Assembly: GCF_009914755.1 (NCBI RefSeq)
Contig: NC_060928.1
Strand: one strand, 5' to 3'
Length of the DNA stretch: 64,000 nt
DNA from: the human T2T-CHM13v2.0 reference genome, Homo sapiens
Part shown: positions 30,731 to 44,786 of the stretch, in pieces
Numbering within the stretch: position 1 is the first letter of the stretch
Layout: each line of letters begins with the position of its first letter
Program-made: the position numbers and the translations under genes
The notes under the pieces: model-generated
What the model was told of the DNA's origin: nothing
Seen by the model: the letters and a program-made list of their open reading frames with translations, nothing else
Database searches by the model: none

Positions 30731-33469
30731 AATGGGATCTATTTAAACTGAAGAGCTTCTGTACAGCAAAAGAAACTATCATCAGAGTGAACAGGCAACC
30801 TACAGAATGGGAGAAAATTTTTGCTATCTACTCATCTGACAAAGGGCTAATATCCAGAATCTACAAATAACTCAAACAAATTTACAAGAAAAAAACAACC
30901 CCATCAAAAAGTGGGCGAAGGAGATGAACAGACAATTCTCAAAAGAAGATATTTATGCAGCCAACAGACACATGAAAAAATGCTCATCATCACTGGCCAT
31001 CAGAGAAATGCAAATCAAGACCACAATGAGATACCATCTCACACCAGTTTGAATGGCGATCATTAGAAAGTCAGGAAACAACAGGTGCTGGAGAGGATGT
31101 GGAGAAAAAGGAACACTTTTACAGTGTTGGTGGGACTGTAAACTAGTTCAACCATTGTGAAGACAGTGTGGCGATTCCTCAGGGATCTAGAACTACAAAT
31201 ACCATTTGGCCCAGCCATCCCATTACTGGGTATATACTCAAAGGATTATAAATCATGCTGCTATAAAGACACATGCACACGTATGTTCACTGCAGGACTA
31301 TTCACAATAGCAAAGACTTGGAACCAATCCAAATGTCCATCAATGATAGACTGGATTAAGAAAATGTGGCACATATACACCATGGAATACTATGCAGCCA
31401 TAAAAAAGGATGAGTTTATATCCTTTGTAGGGACATGGATGAAGCTGGAAACCATCATTCTCAGCAAACTACTGCAAGGACAAAAAACCAAACACTGCAT
31501 CTTCTCACTCATAGGTGGGAATTGAACAATGAGAACACTTGGACACAGGAAGGGGAACATCACACACCAGGGCCTGTCATGGGGCAGGGTTAGGGGAGAG
31601 GGATAGCATTAGAAGATATACCTAATGTAAATGACAAGTTAATGGGTGCAGCACACCAACATGGCACATGGATACATATGTAACAAACCTGCACGTTGTG
31701 CACATGTACCCTAGAACTTAAAGTATTAAAAAAAAAAAAAGGTGTTTTGTCCACATTGAAAATCTGTTGCCTAGTGTAGACACCTTCATCAATTTCTTAG
31801 CTAGCTCTTCTGCACCTATTGCTTCACCTTGTACTTTTCTGTTATGGAGACAGCTTCTTTTCTTAAATTTTATGAACCAACCTCTGGTAGCTTCACTTTT
31901 CTTCTGCAGCTTCCTCACTTCTCTCGGCCTTTACAGAATTGAAGAGCGTTGGAGCCTTATCTGAAATAGGCTTTGGCCTAAGTGTGCCTGGTTGGATCTT
32001 TTATACAGACCACTAAAACTTTCTTCAAATCAACAGTATAAAGCCGTTTTACTTCTTATCAGTCATTTGCTCACTGGAGTAATCGTTTACTTTTAATTTC
32101 CTTTAAGAACTTTGCATTTGCCTTCACAACTTGGCTAAATGTTTGGCACAAGAAGCCCAGCTTTTGGCCTGTATCAGCTTTTGATATATCATCTTCACTA
32201 AGCTTAATCATTTCTAGCTTTTTATTTAAAGTGAGAGACATGCAACTTTTCCTTTCTCTTGAACCCTTAGAGGCCACTGTAGGGCTGTAATTGGTCTCAT
32301 TTCAATATTGTTGTGTTTCAGGAAATAGAGAGACAGGGTAATGGCCCCTCCCAAGGAGATGGGGAGAGACAGGAATGGCCAGTTTGTAGCACAGTCAGAC
32401 ATTTATTAAGTTCACTGTCTTAAATGGGTGTGGTTTGTGGTGCCCCAAGACAATTACAATAGTAATACCAAAGATCACTGATGACAGATCAGCATGACAG
32501 ATAAATAATAATAATGAAAAGGTTTGAAATATTGTAAGAATTACCAATATATGACATAAAGACATAAAGTACATGCTGTTGGATAAATGGCATGGATAGA
32601 CTAGTTCAACACAGAGTTGCCAAAAACCATCAATTTGTAAAAAATCCAGTAATCGGCAACATGCAATAGCAAAGCACAGTAAAATGAGGCATGCCTGTAA
32701 ATAGAAACTAATGGTAAAAATGAGACTAATTGTTAATACTTAATGTCAAAAATTTTGGATATAATCAGTTTCAGAAAAATAGAAGATAGGCTCAATTTGA
32801 ACATATCCACTTGATGCAATTCTTTGACATATTTGTGATCCGTGATCTGACAAAATCTATGATATTTTGCAGGTTCATATGTAATGACTTCTTAGTCTGT
32901 TGGAAAAAACAAAGGTACATTTGTCTTTTTTATAAACCACCCCTTTTCTCTAGACATACCCATGTTCTTCTGCCACACAATTCTGCCATGTTATAATAAC
33001 TGCTGCTAATGATATTAATATTCAAAATGCAAGCAAATAATTTACTTGTTCTTAACTTCTTAGTCTGTTATAAATTAGTTATGCCAATCTAAATCCTTAT
33101 TTAGCCCATTAATATGTTCAATGTTTACTAACTACCACATGAAGTTTACAGTATATGCCTGATTTTTGGCCTCAAATAAAAAATATCCCATAAATCGTTT
33201 ACATTTAAATCCTAACTCAAGAAATAGATTTGCTTTCCATTGTAGCTGTCATTTATTGAATACTTACCGTAGGCCAGGCACTGTGCTATGTATTTCATAC
33301 ATATTTTTATTAGCAAACTTGAACAAGATAAGGCTTAGAGAAGCAACTTACTTAAGGACATATAGTATGTAAAAAAGCAAATCTGAACTCAGATTATGGT
33401 GATTAAAAACCTTAGCTCTTTACCTCAAGGTAGAAATTTATTTATGTCGTCGATCTTAGGTCATTTCCC

Positions 33470-33798
<329 letters not shown>

Positions 33799-34134
33799 AG
33801 TGATTTCCTTTTTCATCATAGGTTCCTTTTGTTCCCTAAAGAGACTAAACTCTAGCATGTAAAATATAGTGTTTTCTTTTTTCTAAAACTCCTATAAGGT
33901 GATTATATAACTTTTATAATTACAAAACACTTAAAATTATTTATGACTTTCAGTAATCATATAGTAAAGGAGATATTCTAATTGTTTGCAGAATATTGTA
34001 ATATAATAACTGGTTAGAAGGTTCTTCAAGAGCCAGATCATCCAGAGGCACTGTGAAGAGTTTGGATTCCATTTAACCACTAAAAGATGATATTAGAGAA
34101 TTCTGAAAGAAAAAGAGTAACATCATCTATTCTA

Positions 34135-34296
34135 GTTTATTTGTTTGTTTATGAGACAGGGTCTTGCTGTGTCACACAGGCTGTAGTGACACAATCATAG
34201 CTCACGGTAACCTTGACCTCCTAGGCTCAAGCGATCCTCCCCACCTCAGCCTCCCAAGTAGCTAGGACTAGAGGCGTGTGCTACCACATGTGGCTA
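34135..34296 (-). mobile_element. Alu right-arm monomer (FRAM/AluJ-like)
   Basis: Reverse right arm flanked by tctattctag repeats. Confidence 0.8.
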
Positions 34297-34669
34297 ATTC
34301 TATTCTAGATTTTTAAGGATCATTCTAGGAAATATAAAGTTATGGACAATAGACTCAGAACCTGCCCAATGGAAAAAAAGTGAACAGAGGAGAAAACAGC
34401 AACATTTGGTCCTCAAACTGACCACATTCAAAGGATTCCAGGGAGAAAAAAAGTTGATGGCTTCTTAATTAAAGGAATAATAACAGCTACTAGAGAACTA
34501 TGATCTAAGAAGGTAGTATAGCCTTTTAGTTAAGATCAAAATTTCAAGAATCAGATTCCCTAAGTCCTAAACTCACTTTCACCTCTTACTAATTGTATAA
34601 TCTTAAGCACATTACTTAAATATTGCTAACTCCCTCATAGAATTATTGTGAGAATTAAACACACATATA

Positions 34670-35008
34670 CAGCATTGGTCCCCAACCTTTTTGGCACAAG
34701 GGACTAGTTTCATAGAAGACAATTTTTCAATGGACCTGTAGGGGGTAAGAGGCGGGGTGGGGGTAGGGGGCATGGTTTCAGGATGATTCAAGTGCATTAC
34801 ATTTATAATTAGATTTTCATAAGGAGCGCACAACCAAGATCCATCGCATGCACAGTTCACAATAGGGTTCGTGCTCCTATGAGAGTCTAATGCTCCTGCC
34901 CATCTGACCAGGAGGCGGAGCTTGGCTTCACTCCTCACCCTTTGCTCACCTCACCTCCTGCTGTGCAGCCTAAGTGCAGGTCAGTGGTCTGGGGGTTGGG
35001 GACCCCTG
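34670..35008. mobile_element. MER1B (hAT-Charlie) inserted in a MIR
   Basis: ggtccccaacctttttggcac ... gggggttggggacccctg terminal inverted repeats; about 340 bp. Confidence 0.8.
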
Positions 35009-35942
35009 ATAAGAGCATCCAGTATCATGTTTAATACACAGTAAGTATTCAATACTATTAAGTAGTGATAATACTCCAAATTCTACATATGCATAAAAAC
35101 CTAGTCAAGAACTAAAGAGAATAAAACTATTGAAAAAAAGGGAGGGGAAAAAGAAAAATTGAGGTTAGAAAGTTTGTAAGAAATATATATGTAAAACATA
35201 CAGTAAGTGTTCAACAAATATTTACTAATGATAATATTCCAAATGCTGATGAGTGCAATTATAAATTATTTTTACTTTCATCTTTATACTTTCTATATGA
35301 CTTTAAATTGTCTACATAAGAATTAGCAATGTTTTCTATCAAAATCAGCTGAAACAAAACTGTTTTTCAACTTTAAAAAATTAGAAACACCAAACTGAGA
35401 GCAACATTTCATCATGCACCTTTTTATCACATTAGTGTACCTTTGAGGAAAAAATATCCAATATTCAGTAAAATAATATGCCATTCAGAAGTTGAACATT
35501 TTATTACATTCAGAGCATCAATTTTAGAATTAAGACTGCTGGGTTTGAATCCTGATTTTATCATTGTTTATCAACACTAGCTTGGAGATGTTACTCAAGC
35601 TTTATGTGCCTTAGATTATTCATCTATAAAATGGAAATTACAATAGTACAGCTCAATAAGTTGTTGGACTTAATTAATACATGTATATCACTTAGACTGC
35701 TTACTATGTAATAATGCATTATTCCTTTTAATATCACTATGCTGATCTGCTAGCTCGCTTTATATAAACTATCTTTTCTAATATTCTGTTTCTAAAATCA
35801 TTGTCAAAAGAAGTCGTTTCTAGACCTTTCTATCTCTGCTCCACTATTTGATATCACAAAGAATTTTTAATCTCAATACATTAGGCCTAAGAGGAAATAT
35901 GCATCAGTTAAGAGAGTATGTGAAAGACATATTGTAACTTAC

Positions 35943-36050
35943 TATGTCTCTGAAAACAACTGCCCTAAGCCGATTAATATCCATGTCCTGTAGAAGCCTG
36001 TCAAGATCTCTTACTGGAGATATACCGCCAGTCACAATGTCCACTGGGCT
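35943..36050 (-). CDS. LRBA: LRBA exon (108 nt, SPVDIVTGG...[19 protein letters not shown])
   Basis: Acceptor aaatag|AGC, donor ATA|gtaagt; phase 0-0. Confidence 0.95.
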
Positions 36051-36500
36051 CTATTTAAGATTAAAAAAAAATTGTATATATATATATTCATATATACATT
36101 ACACAGATATTCTTTAAAAATAAACACAGTATTCCCAGAACCAGAAAAGCAAAGCTATAGCATTCCTTTCCCCACTTTTTTTGTGTGTATGCTTCCTTCT
36201 TCTTTGAGGGGTTGGGGAGAGAGGTGGAGAAAGATGGCATGCAGGAAAAAATGACATATTTGAAGGAAAAGGCATCACAGAAACAATCAAAGTAAACACT
36301 GGGAAAAGCAGAGAGGTTTAAATATAAACAAATCTTTATTGTGTATTTAAACACAAATATTTGAATGTTATATGCAGGCCTAAAGTAACTATTTTAATCT
36401 CTGCCAGATTTATTTAACTTTATGTTGAAATGAACAAATAAAAATCTTAATTGTAAAATAGGAGTATGCTTTTTGAAAATTAATTAATCTGTATACTTAC

Positions 36501-36622
36501 CTTCGCTGCAGATTTCCCTAAAGGAATAAGGCTATGCATTGGTTTCAAGGCTTTATCTCCCCTAGTTTTCAGTTGTGAATGCTGTTGACACTCCAAGCAA
36601 TTCCTTACTGCGACTGCACAAA
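36501..36622 (-). CDS. LRBA: LRBA exon (122 nt, VCAVAVRNCLECQQ...GKSAAK)
   Basis: Acceptor ttacag|TT, donor AAG|gtaagt; frame continuous. Confidence 0.95.
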
Positions 36623-37844
36623 CTGTAATTTATTTTAAGGAAAAGATAGGGAAAGAAAAGTTAATATTTAAGATTATGGAAGTGAAAAACATCAACTACA
36701 CAATATGATTTACATAAGATTTTATTCAAAACAGACGACATTCAGCTTATTCCTAAAATGTCCCTAGACTTTATCGCCTAGTGTTGGTTGTCTGATATTG
36801 TTAGCTTCCATGCTGTGGCCCAGTTAAGATTTAGGGAGGCAGTATGGCCTAGTGGTCTAAACGTTTAGGGTTTGCTGAAAGGAAATCAGTTCAGGAATCT
36901 TAACAATAGGCTACTATTTCTTAGATCTCAACTAAGCTAGCTGGGACAATCTTTAGTTAAGAAAAGGATAGGGAAGAAAAGAATTGAAAGAAATGGAAGA
37001 AAACAGGGAACAAAGTACATTACCATGAACTAGTCGAGGTAACAATCTTCTATTACCATCATTAAAGTAAATTAGTTAAACTGGAAACTTTGATGTTCTT
37101 CTTATATTGCATCATTACAGCATGATATTAATTGAGACTAATAGAGGATATAGCTTTTGAAAGAAGCTTTATAGGGTCCAGCATTTACTAGCTTTCATTA
37201 AAACTGCTTAGAAAATGGGAGACAGGAAAGGGAATTTGATTAATATACAGTCTAAAATTACCTAAGGCTCCCACGAATCAGGCAGTTAGATTACTTAGAA
37301 ATTAATTTTGGATTTTAAATGATGAATTACATTATGTACCCTTCACTATGAATTGCTTGATACCATGTAATCATCTAAATTCCCTCCAAATCTGTAGCAC
37401 TCAAGGTACTTGAACTGAGCAAAGGAGGGAGAGCAAATTAGGAACAAAATAGCAAACTTAAGGGGGGACTTCACAAAGAATCACTGGCCTATCACATGGC
37501 TAGCAGGCATGAGAATTTAGAAAGAAAGTGTTCTGAAAGGTGCCCAAAGAGAGCAATAAAAGTTGAAAGAAAGGAAGGAGGGAACAAGAGGAGGGAAGAG
37601 AGAATATGGAATACAGCTTTGTCAAATTTGCTATCAGACCCAAGAAATATTTTACTTTATCAAATTTGCTATCAGACCCAGGAAATACTTTTCATACAAA
37701 CTTTTTCACAAGTTGCATAAAATCAAATTTGAGTCTGTATTACAAAGTTAAAAATCACACCTCATTTCCTGGTTTCAATCAGTTACTCTTACTGCTGTCA
37801 TCCTAACTTCTAACTCCAACCTCAGGAAACAAGAATGAGGACAC

Positions 37845-38585
<741 letters not shown>

Positions 38586-39861
38586 ATATCACACATTTGG
38601 ACTGTTACTTTGCTTACCATACTCTATTAAATGATCTTGGACAAGTCATTTTTTAAGTCCCATTTCCATATATAAGAACAGATGATACTGGGGTAGATTA
38701 AATTATCTCTTAATTCTTTTCCGTGGCTATGAAAAACTAGGAACATAGAGTATTTCCCTAGCCTCTGAATCTGATGATTCTTGAGTAAGGCTTTGCTAGT
38801 ATAGCCTTGCACTTTTACTTCTAGAAATGTACTCTTTCTAGGAAAGTGAAAAGCCTTCGAAAATGGCACACATAAAGCAATAAAGTCTAAATATTTTAAT
38901 TATAATACTAATAGATTAAAGAAGTATACTACAATAGAAAGAGTAGGAGCACTAGTTAGACAAAAGTATAGTATTCAAATTCTACCTTCACCAATTATAG
39001 CTTTTTAGCTATAGATAAGTTTCCCAATTTCTTTTATCTTCAATTTCCTCATGAATAAAAAGAACAAAATTGTCACCGTGAAAATCAACAATGACAAATG
39101 ACAATAGTCAATAAATGATAACTTTTATTTTGTTATGCTTACAATTAGAATGTCTCTTAAATTTTAAAACAACTGTCTATAAATTGTTATTCCAAGTTAC
39201 TTAGAATAGCAAGATATACCATTGATTATTAAATATAAAATACTTGGAATTTTACATTTAAACTAATACTATTAAATACTTTGAATAGCATTTTGAGTAA
39301 AAATTATACTTGTGGCAAAAAGCACAGGTATACATTAGTTTATGTAACAGACATTCTTGCTAAATATGAAAAAATATGTCATTAACTACATTTTCCACTT
39401 CCATGTTATGTTTTCATAGGTGCTTTATCTCTTCATATGACCATGGCTCCTAATGGTTTGCTTCCATTTCTTGTGCCTTCTCTCCTCACCACCTTCTCTT
39501 CACTTAATAATCAAATCATTTAACAAAGTCTCGATATTTACAACTATATAGAAGGAAAATTATGCAAAAAAGGGTTTTTTTGTTTTGTTTTTTGCTTCAC
39601 CTAAGAAGTCCAGTTAACATTAAAAAGTCATTTCATGTATTTTTACTTTTACTTAGGGAAGAAGTGTTTCCAGGAGAAGAACAGAGATTTCATGATTTTA
39701 TTAACTGCATTAACAAATTACCACAGCTTTTTTGAATAAAGGCTGTACTTGAATGATGCTAGTTTAGAACGTTGTTATTCCAGTGTGTTTGTAAGAAAAG
39801 CAGCATCAACATCACCTGGGACTTGGTAGTCAATTTTAGGCCTTACCCTAGACCTCTATAA

Positions 39862-40203
<342 letters not shown>

Positions 40204-40289
40204 TGAATCACCTTGTGTTTTTTAATCACCTTAAGTTTATGTATCTCCTTAAAATTTCAGAAGCACTACTTTAGAGCAAAAAGAGATAG

Positions 40290-40423
40290 GGGAGCACCTC
40301 TAATTCCAGCTACTAGGAAGGATAAGGAGGCGGGATCACTTGAGCCCAGGATTTTGACACCAGCCTTGGCAAGAAAGCAGAACCACCATTTCAGGGAGAA
40401 AAAAGAAAAAAAAAAAAAAAAAA
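40290..40423 (+). mobile_element. Degenerate Alu monomer
   Basis: taattccagctactaggaagg...ggatcacttgagcccagga plus A tail. Confidence 0.65.
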
Positions 40424-40660
40424 GATAGGGGAGAGTGGAAACTCCTGACCAAAATCACCTTAGTAAATTTTTCAAAATACATCCTCCTTCTTGCCCATCC
40501 AACTTACCAACTACTACTATGTACATTAAAAAAAGTAACCATATGACAAATTAGCTAACATATATTTTCTCACCAACAGAAGACGGATAATTTTCAATGT
40601 CATCTCTGAATTACTGAAAAATTTTTTTTAGTAAATTCCCAACGGTTTTTAGCAGCTCAC

Positions 40661-40841
40661 CTAGTCGGAGACACTGCCGCAAAATTCCTCCAGATGACAT
40701 ACTTTTTTCAGCTTCAATTTCAGTAAAGCCAAGAGAACTTGCAAATATAAGCACATCCACAAGGCTAATTAGCCTCTGCAAAAATGTCACAGAGGCTTCT
40801 ATTGAAAGGCCTTGAGTAGGTTCAATATTTTCCAGTTCATG
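40661..40841 (-). CDS. LRBA: LRBA exon (181 nt, [11 protein letters not shown]...[11 protein letters not shown])
   Basis: Acceptor ttacag|CAT, donor TAG|gtgagc; overlaps ORF 40611..40928. Confidence 0.96.
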
Positions 40842-41264
40842 CTGTAAAGAATAAAGTTTGACATTTATATATATATATTCTGAAAAAAAAATTTTACCAG
40901 ATATAGTCCTAAAATTTATAAATTGCATAAGTAGTCAGACTTTCAGAAACCTAGTAACACAGAGTGATTTATACTTATTATTTCATCTAAAAAGGGTGGG
41001 GGATGAGGAGGAGCAACAGAACCATACAGGTGAAACATCATGAACCACATTCTTCACTAGCTGACTCATACTTAGGGAATCAACATTCTTTTAAGTTCTT
41101 TCATTACTAGAACAGATTCTAAGGTCCTCTCAAGTAAAAGATCCTATTGTTTTTTATTTATAGCACCTACGATGCATAGTAACCACCACATTTAAGTTTT
41201 AGTCAATAAAGTTGCATAACACTCATGTTTTCACACCAATTTTCTATAGTAATTAAGTCCTTAC

Positions 41265-41418
41265 TGTAGCCGATGTAGCAGCTGAAAGCAATGGCAGTAT
41301 ACCCCCACAAGCCATGACCATATTGTCCATCACTTGAGAGATGAGATGAATTGTGTTGTGTACAAAGATGACATTATCACTGCTATTCACGAAGTCCATA
41401 ACTGTCTTTGTTGAATGG
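41265..41418 (-). CDS. LRBA: LRBA exon (154 nt, [12 protein letters not shown]...[15 protein letters not shown])
   Basis: Acceptor ggacag|CC, donor ACA|gtaagg; frame continuous. Confidence 0.95.
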
Positions 41419-41904
41419 CTGTCCAAAGATAAATGATATTTACTGATAAAGCTAAAGAAAGGAAATCACAGTTTGCCTACTTGAGGGGAGGAAAGATAAG
41501 AAGGTGCTTTTGCTTCATCTTGAAAACTGAAGGAAGATGATGCAGCAGGCATTTGGAGGGTGTATACTTCTTCAGAAGAAACAGACCATTCCATATCAGT
41601 AGTTACTATCCATGCCCTCCTTCAGTGCTGAAACATAAATACTATTCATTTTACACTGGATATAAAAAGTTGAAGAAAATTATCCTTACTGGGAACAAAA
41701 CTAAGAAATCATGTGACAAAAATTAGGAGGTAAATACTGGTAAATGTGCTATTAAAAATGAATTTTCTTCTGTAATGCCTATAAAATGCTTTTAAACATA
41801 ACAAGAATCTTACACAAATAAAAACAAATAAATTAGGTCACTTTAAAATCATAAATCATACAATGGGGGATAACTTGAAGTACACAGATTTTTTTTAATG
41901 CTAA

Positions 41905-42236
<332 letters not shown>

Positions 42237-42566
42237 TATACCAATTATTTTTTAATACTTCTAGTAATAAACCAACTTGATAAACCTACCTTCTGGTGAA
42301 TTCCGTGCCATAAAATTGCTACAGGAAATCTACTACAAATTTTTTTAAAAGAGAAACCTCTGCTTTTCACATTTTTGTAATCCAGATAAGGATTCCATTC
42401 TTATAATGGAGAATAAAAGTGAATTCAGTAAAACCCTACCATAGAATAATTTCTATTCTACTTTTTAACCAAATGTCTGAAATTAATTACAAACTGTTTC
42501 TATGGATTTCTTTGAAAATAAAGACTAGGTTTATACACATCTTCCATAATAAACATATAGACAAAC

Positions 42567-42745
42567 CTTCTCCACATCTGTATATCTGTTTCTATTGAAA
42601 ATAATAGATCAGTGAGCAAACGTTGATGCATCTGAGACCAGTTGAACTCAGGAATACGAAACACAGTAGATCTGGAATCCCTCCTTTGTCCATTAACTGC
42701 ATCTGGTGCTATTCCTTGCCCTGGCTGCTCATGTTGCCTTGATAT
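42567..42745 (-). CDS. LRBA: LRBA exon (179 nt, ISRQHEQPG...[16 protein letters not shown]...MWR)
   Basis: Acceptor tattag|ATA, donor AAG|gtttgt; frame continuous. Confidence 0.95.
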
Positions 42746-43727
42746 CTAATACAGAAATTTAAAAAGTAATAAAATAGGTTCAACTTCAGCAGGAGGCTTT
42801 AGCAAAGTAAATAATTTAGTAGCTTCTATGCAATTCATCTAACACGTTTTTAAGACACTATAAGAACCAAATTAGAGAAAGAAAAATTATCAATGAGTAA
42901 TAACATTAACATTTTAGTACATGTAAGCAAAGCTATCAAAAGTGCAAAACTACCACAATTTAAAAGTAATTAACTTGGAACCATGTTAAGTATTACCACT
43001 ATGTAGCATTTTATAAAAGAATCAAGTAACAGTTCTTAGTTTTTAGCCTTAGCCTAAAAGAAAGGCAGTATTTAGAATCTAAGTGGCATTTGGATTATGA
43101 AGTGGCTAGAATGAAGAATAAAAACAGAGATAACATAATGAAGAACCAACCAACAAAAACAAAAAAAAGGAGGGTGGGACAGAGGATAAGAATTGAATAA
43201 AGTGGAAAATGACAACATGCTACCAAGCACTGTCTCATGGGTCACTCTGAGATATGGACAGAGGAGAAGGCTGTGCCTCTAGATCTCACAAAGCCTCCTC
43301 TCTCTTATAGACTTCATAATACAATTTTAAATCACATGCTTAGTAACTAAAATTATACACTGGCAGGTAGGTAGCCCTAGAGTTTGTTGGAAAACTAATG
43401 TACTAGGATTGGGTTAGTCAAATAAAAGGTAAAATGCAAGTGTTTCCAATATTTGTTTTATAAACTAAAATTATACCAATCCTTCAAAGTGGTAACTTCT
43501 GGTGATACTATGGTAAAAATAGTAATAAAAACTGTCATTTAATGAACTCACATTAACTGCCAAACACTGTGCTAATGATCTGAAATACAATCTTCACATT
43601 CATTGCATTTATTTAGTTGTGAATAGCATGTGAACCAAATTCAAAATAAAATAAAATTTAAGTATATACACTTGCTCTTTTTTAACTCAGTGCAAAAGTA
43701 CTTGAATAAGACAATATATAAAATCAC

Positions 43728-44786
43728 CTCAAGCACATGTCGATGAGGTTGAGGTGCTTCCACGTTGGGACTGGCCTTCAACTCCAGCCTCTCAGTATCT
43801 GTAGCAACATTGGAAACATCCAACTTCGCAATCTTTTGCTCAGAAGAAGCCTCAGAGACACTACCATGACAATCATTAATTAATTTGGTTTCTCTAGTGA
43901 GGTTAGTTGCTTTCTTCCCTTCCTCCAGCATCTGACCAAGGTCTGATTCTACAGCTATTTGGGAAACAGTAGTTTCTGGTGACATAGCTGAAGACCCTGA
44001 TGCTGTCATAGTCTGAATTCCAGAATCTTTAGAATCTTGAGTTTCAGTATCAGTTTGCTTTTCAGTAACAGGTTTTCCTTCTTGAAATATTAATTTGTCA
44101 TCATTACCAAACATGTCCAGTTTTTCACCGGCTTCAGATGCAGCTGGAGACAAACTGTTATCTTGGAGCTCTGTGGGTAGATTAGCTTCCTCAGTAGGAC
44201 TGCCTTCTACTTTCAGTTCCACATAATCATCATCTTCCTCTTCCTCTACTATAGATTTATCCAAGAATTCTGGCATCTCTGAGCCATCCTCTTCTGAAGG
44301 AGAACTTATAGAAGCAGTTACTTCACTGACAGTCATTGAATCTTTGCCAGTTGTTATAAAAGAATTAGAGGAAATAGCCACAGCTTCTATTATGTCAGAA
44401 GATACTTCTAAATCATCTGCATTCCTTGTCTCATTTGTCAGTGTTTCTTCCAAAGTGCCTTCATCTGGTAACTCCTGATTTTCTTGCTCAGCTTTCATTT
44501 CTTCATAAGATGTATTAGTAGTTTGCAGTTCAATATTAGATGCAGATTCTAGTGAACTTGTCTTCTCTATACTTGAATTTTCATTACCATTTGTGGTGAA
44601 ATGAGGACAGACAGGAGAATCCTTCGTATCTGGTTGCTGGGATCCTACTGAAACATTAATATCCCTTCTAATGCCAGAGGCTGCTTGAACTGAAGTTGAA
44701 GAACACAGCCCTATTTCTTCATCAACTTTTCCTTGCTGTTCCCTAAATATATTGGCAAGGTTTTCTTTGTGTATTTCAAAAGTGAC
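43728..44786 (-). CDS. LRBA: LRBA large acidic exon (1059 nt, VTFEIHKENL...PHRHVLE)
   Basis: Acceptor acctag|GTC, donor GAG|gtgatt; 353 codons open, phase 0-0; overlaps ORF 43641..44498. Confidence 0.97.

Noticed and set aside
33257-33272. Perfect donor ACG|gtaagt on the minus strand (also ATG|gtaagc near 38615)
   Set aside because: The first lies in a MIR-like repeat; I found no convincing matching acceptor or open frame for either, and such sites are common in long introns
43641-44498. ORF-track start and stop positions of LRBA-matching ORFs as standalone genes
   Set aside because: They are spliced internal exons; the true limits are the GT-AG sites and the ORF ends run into introns
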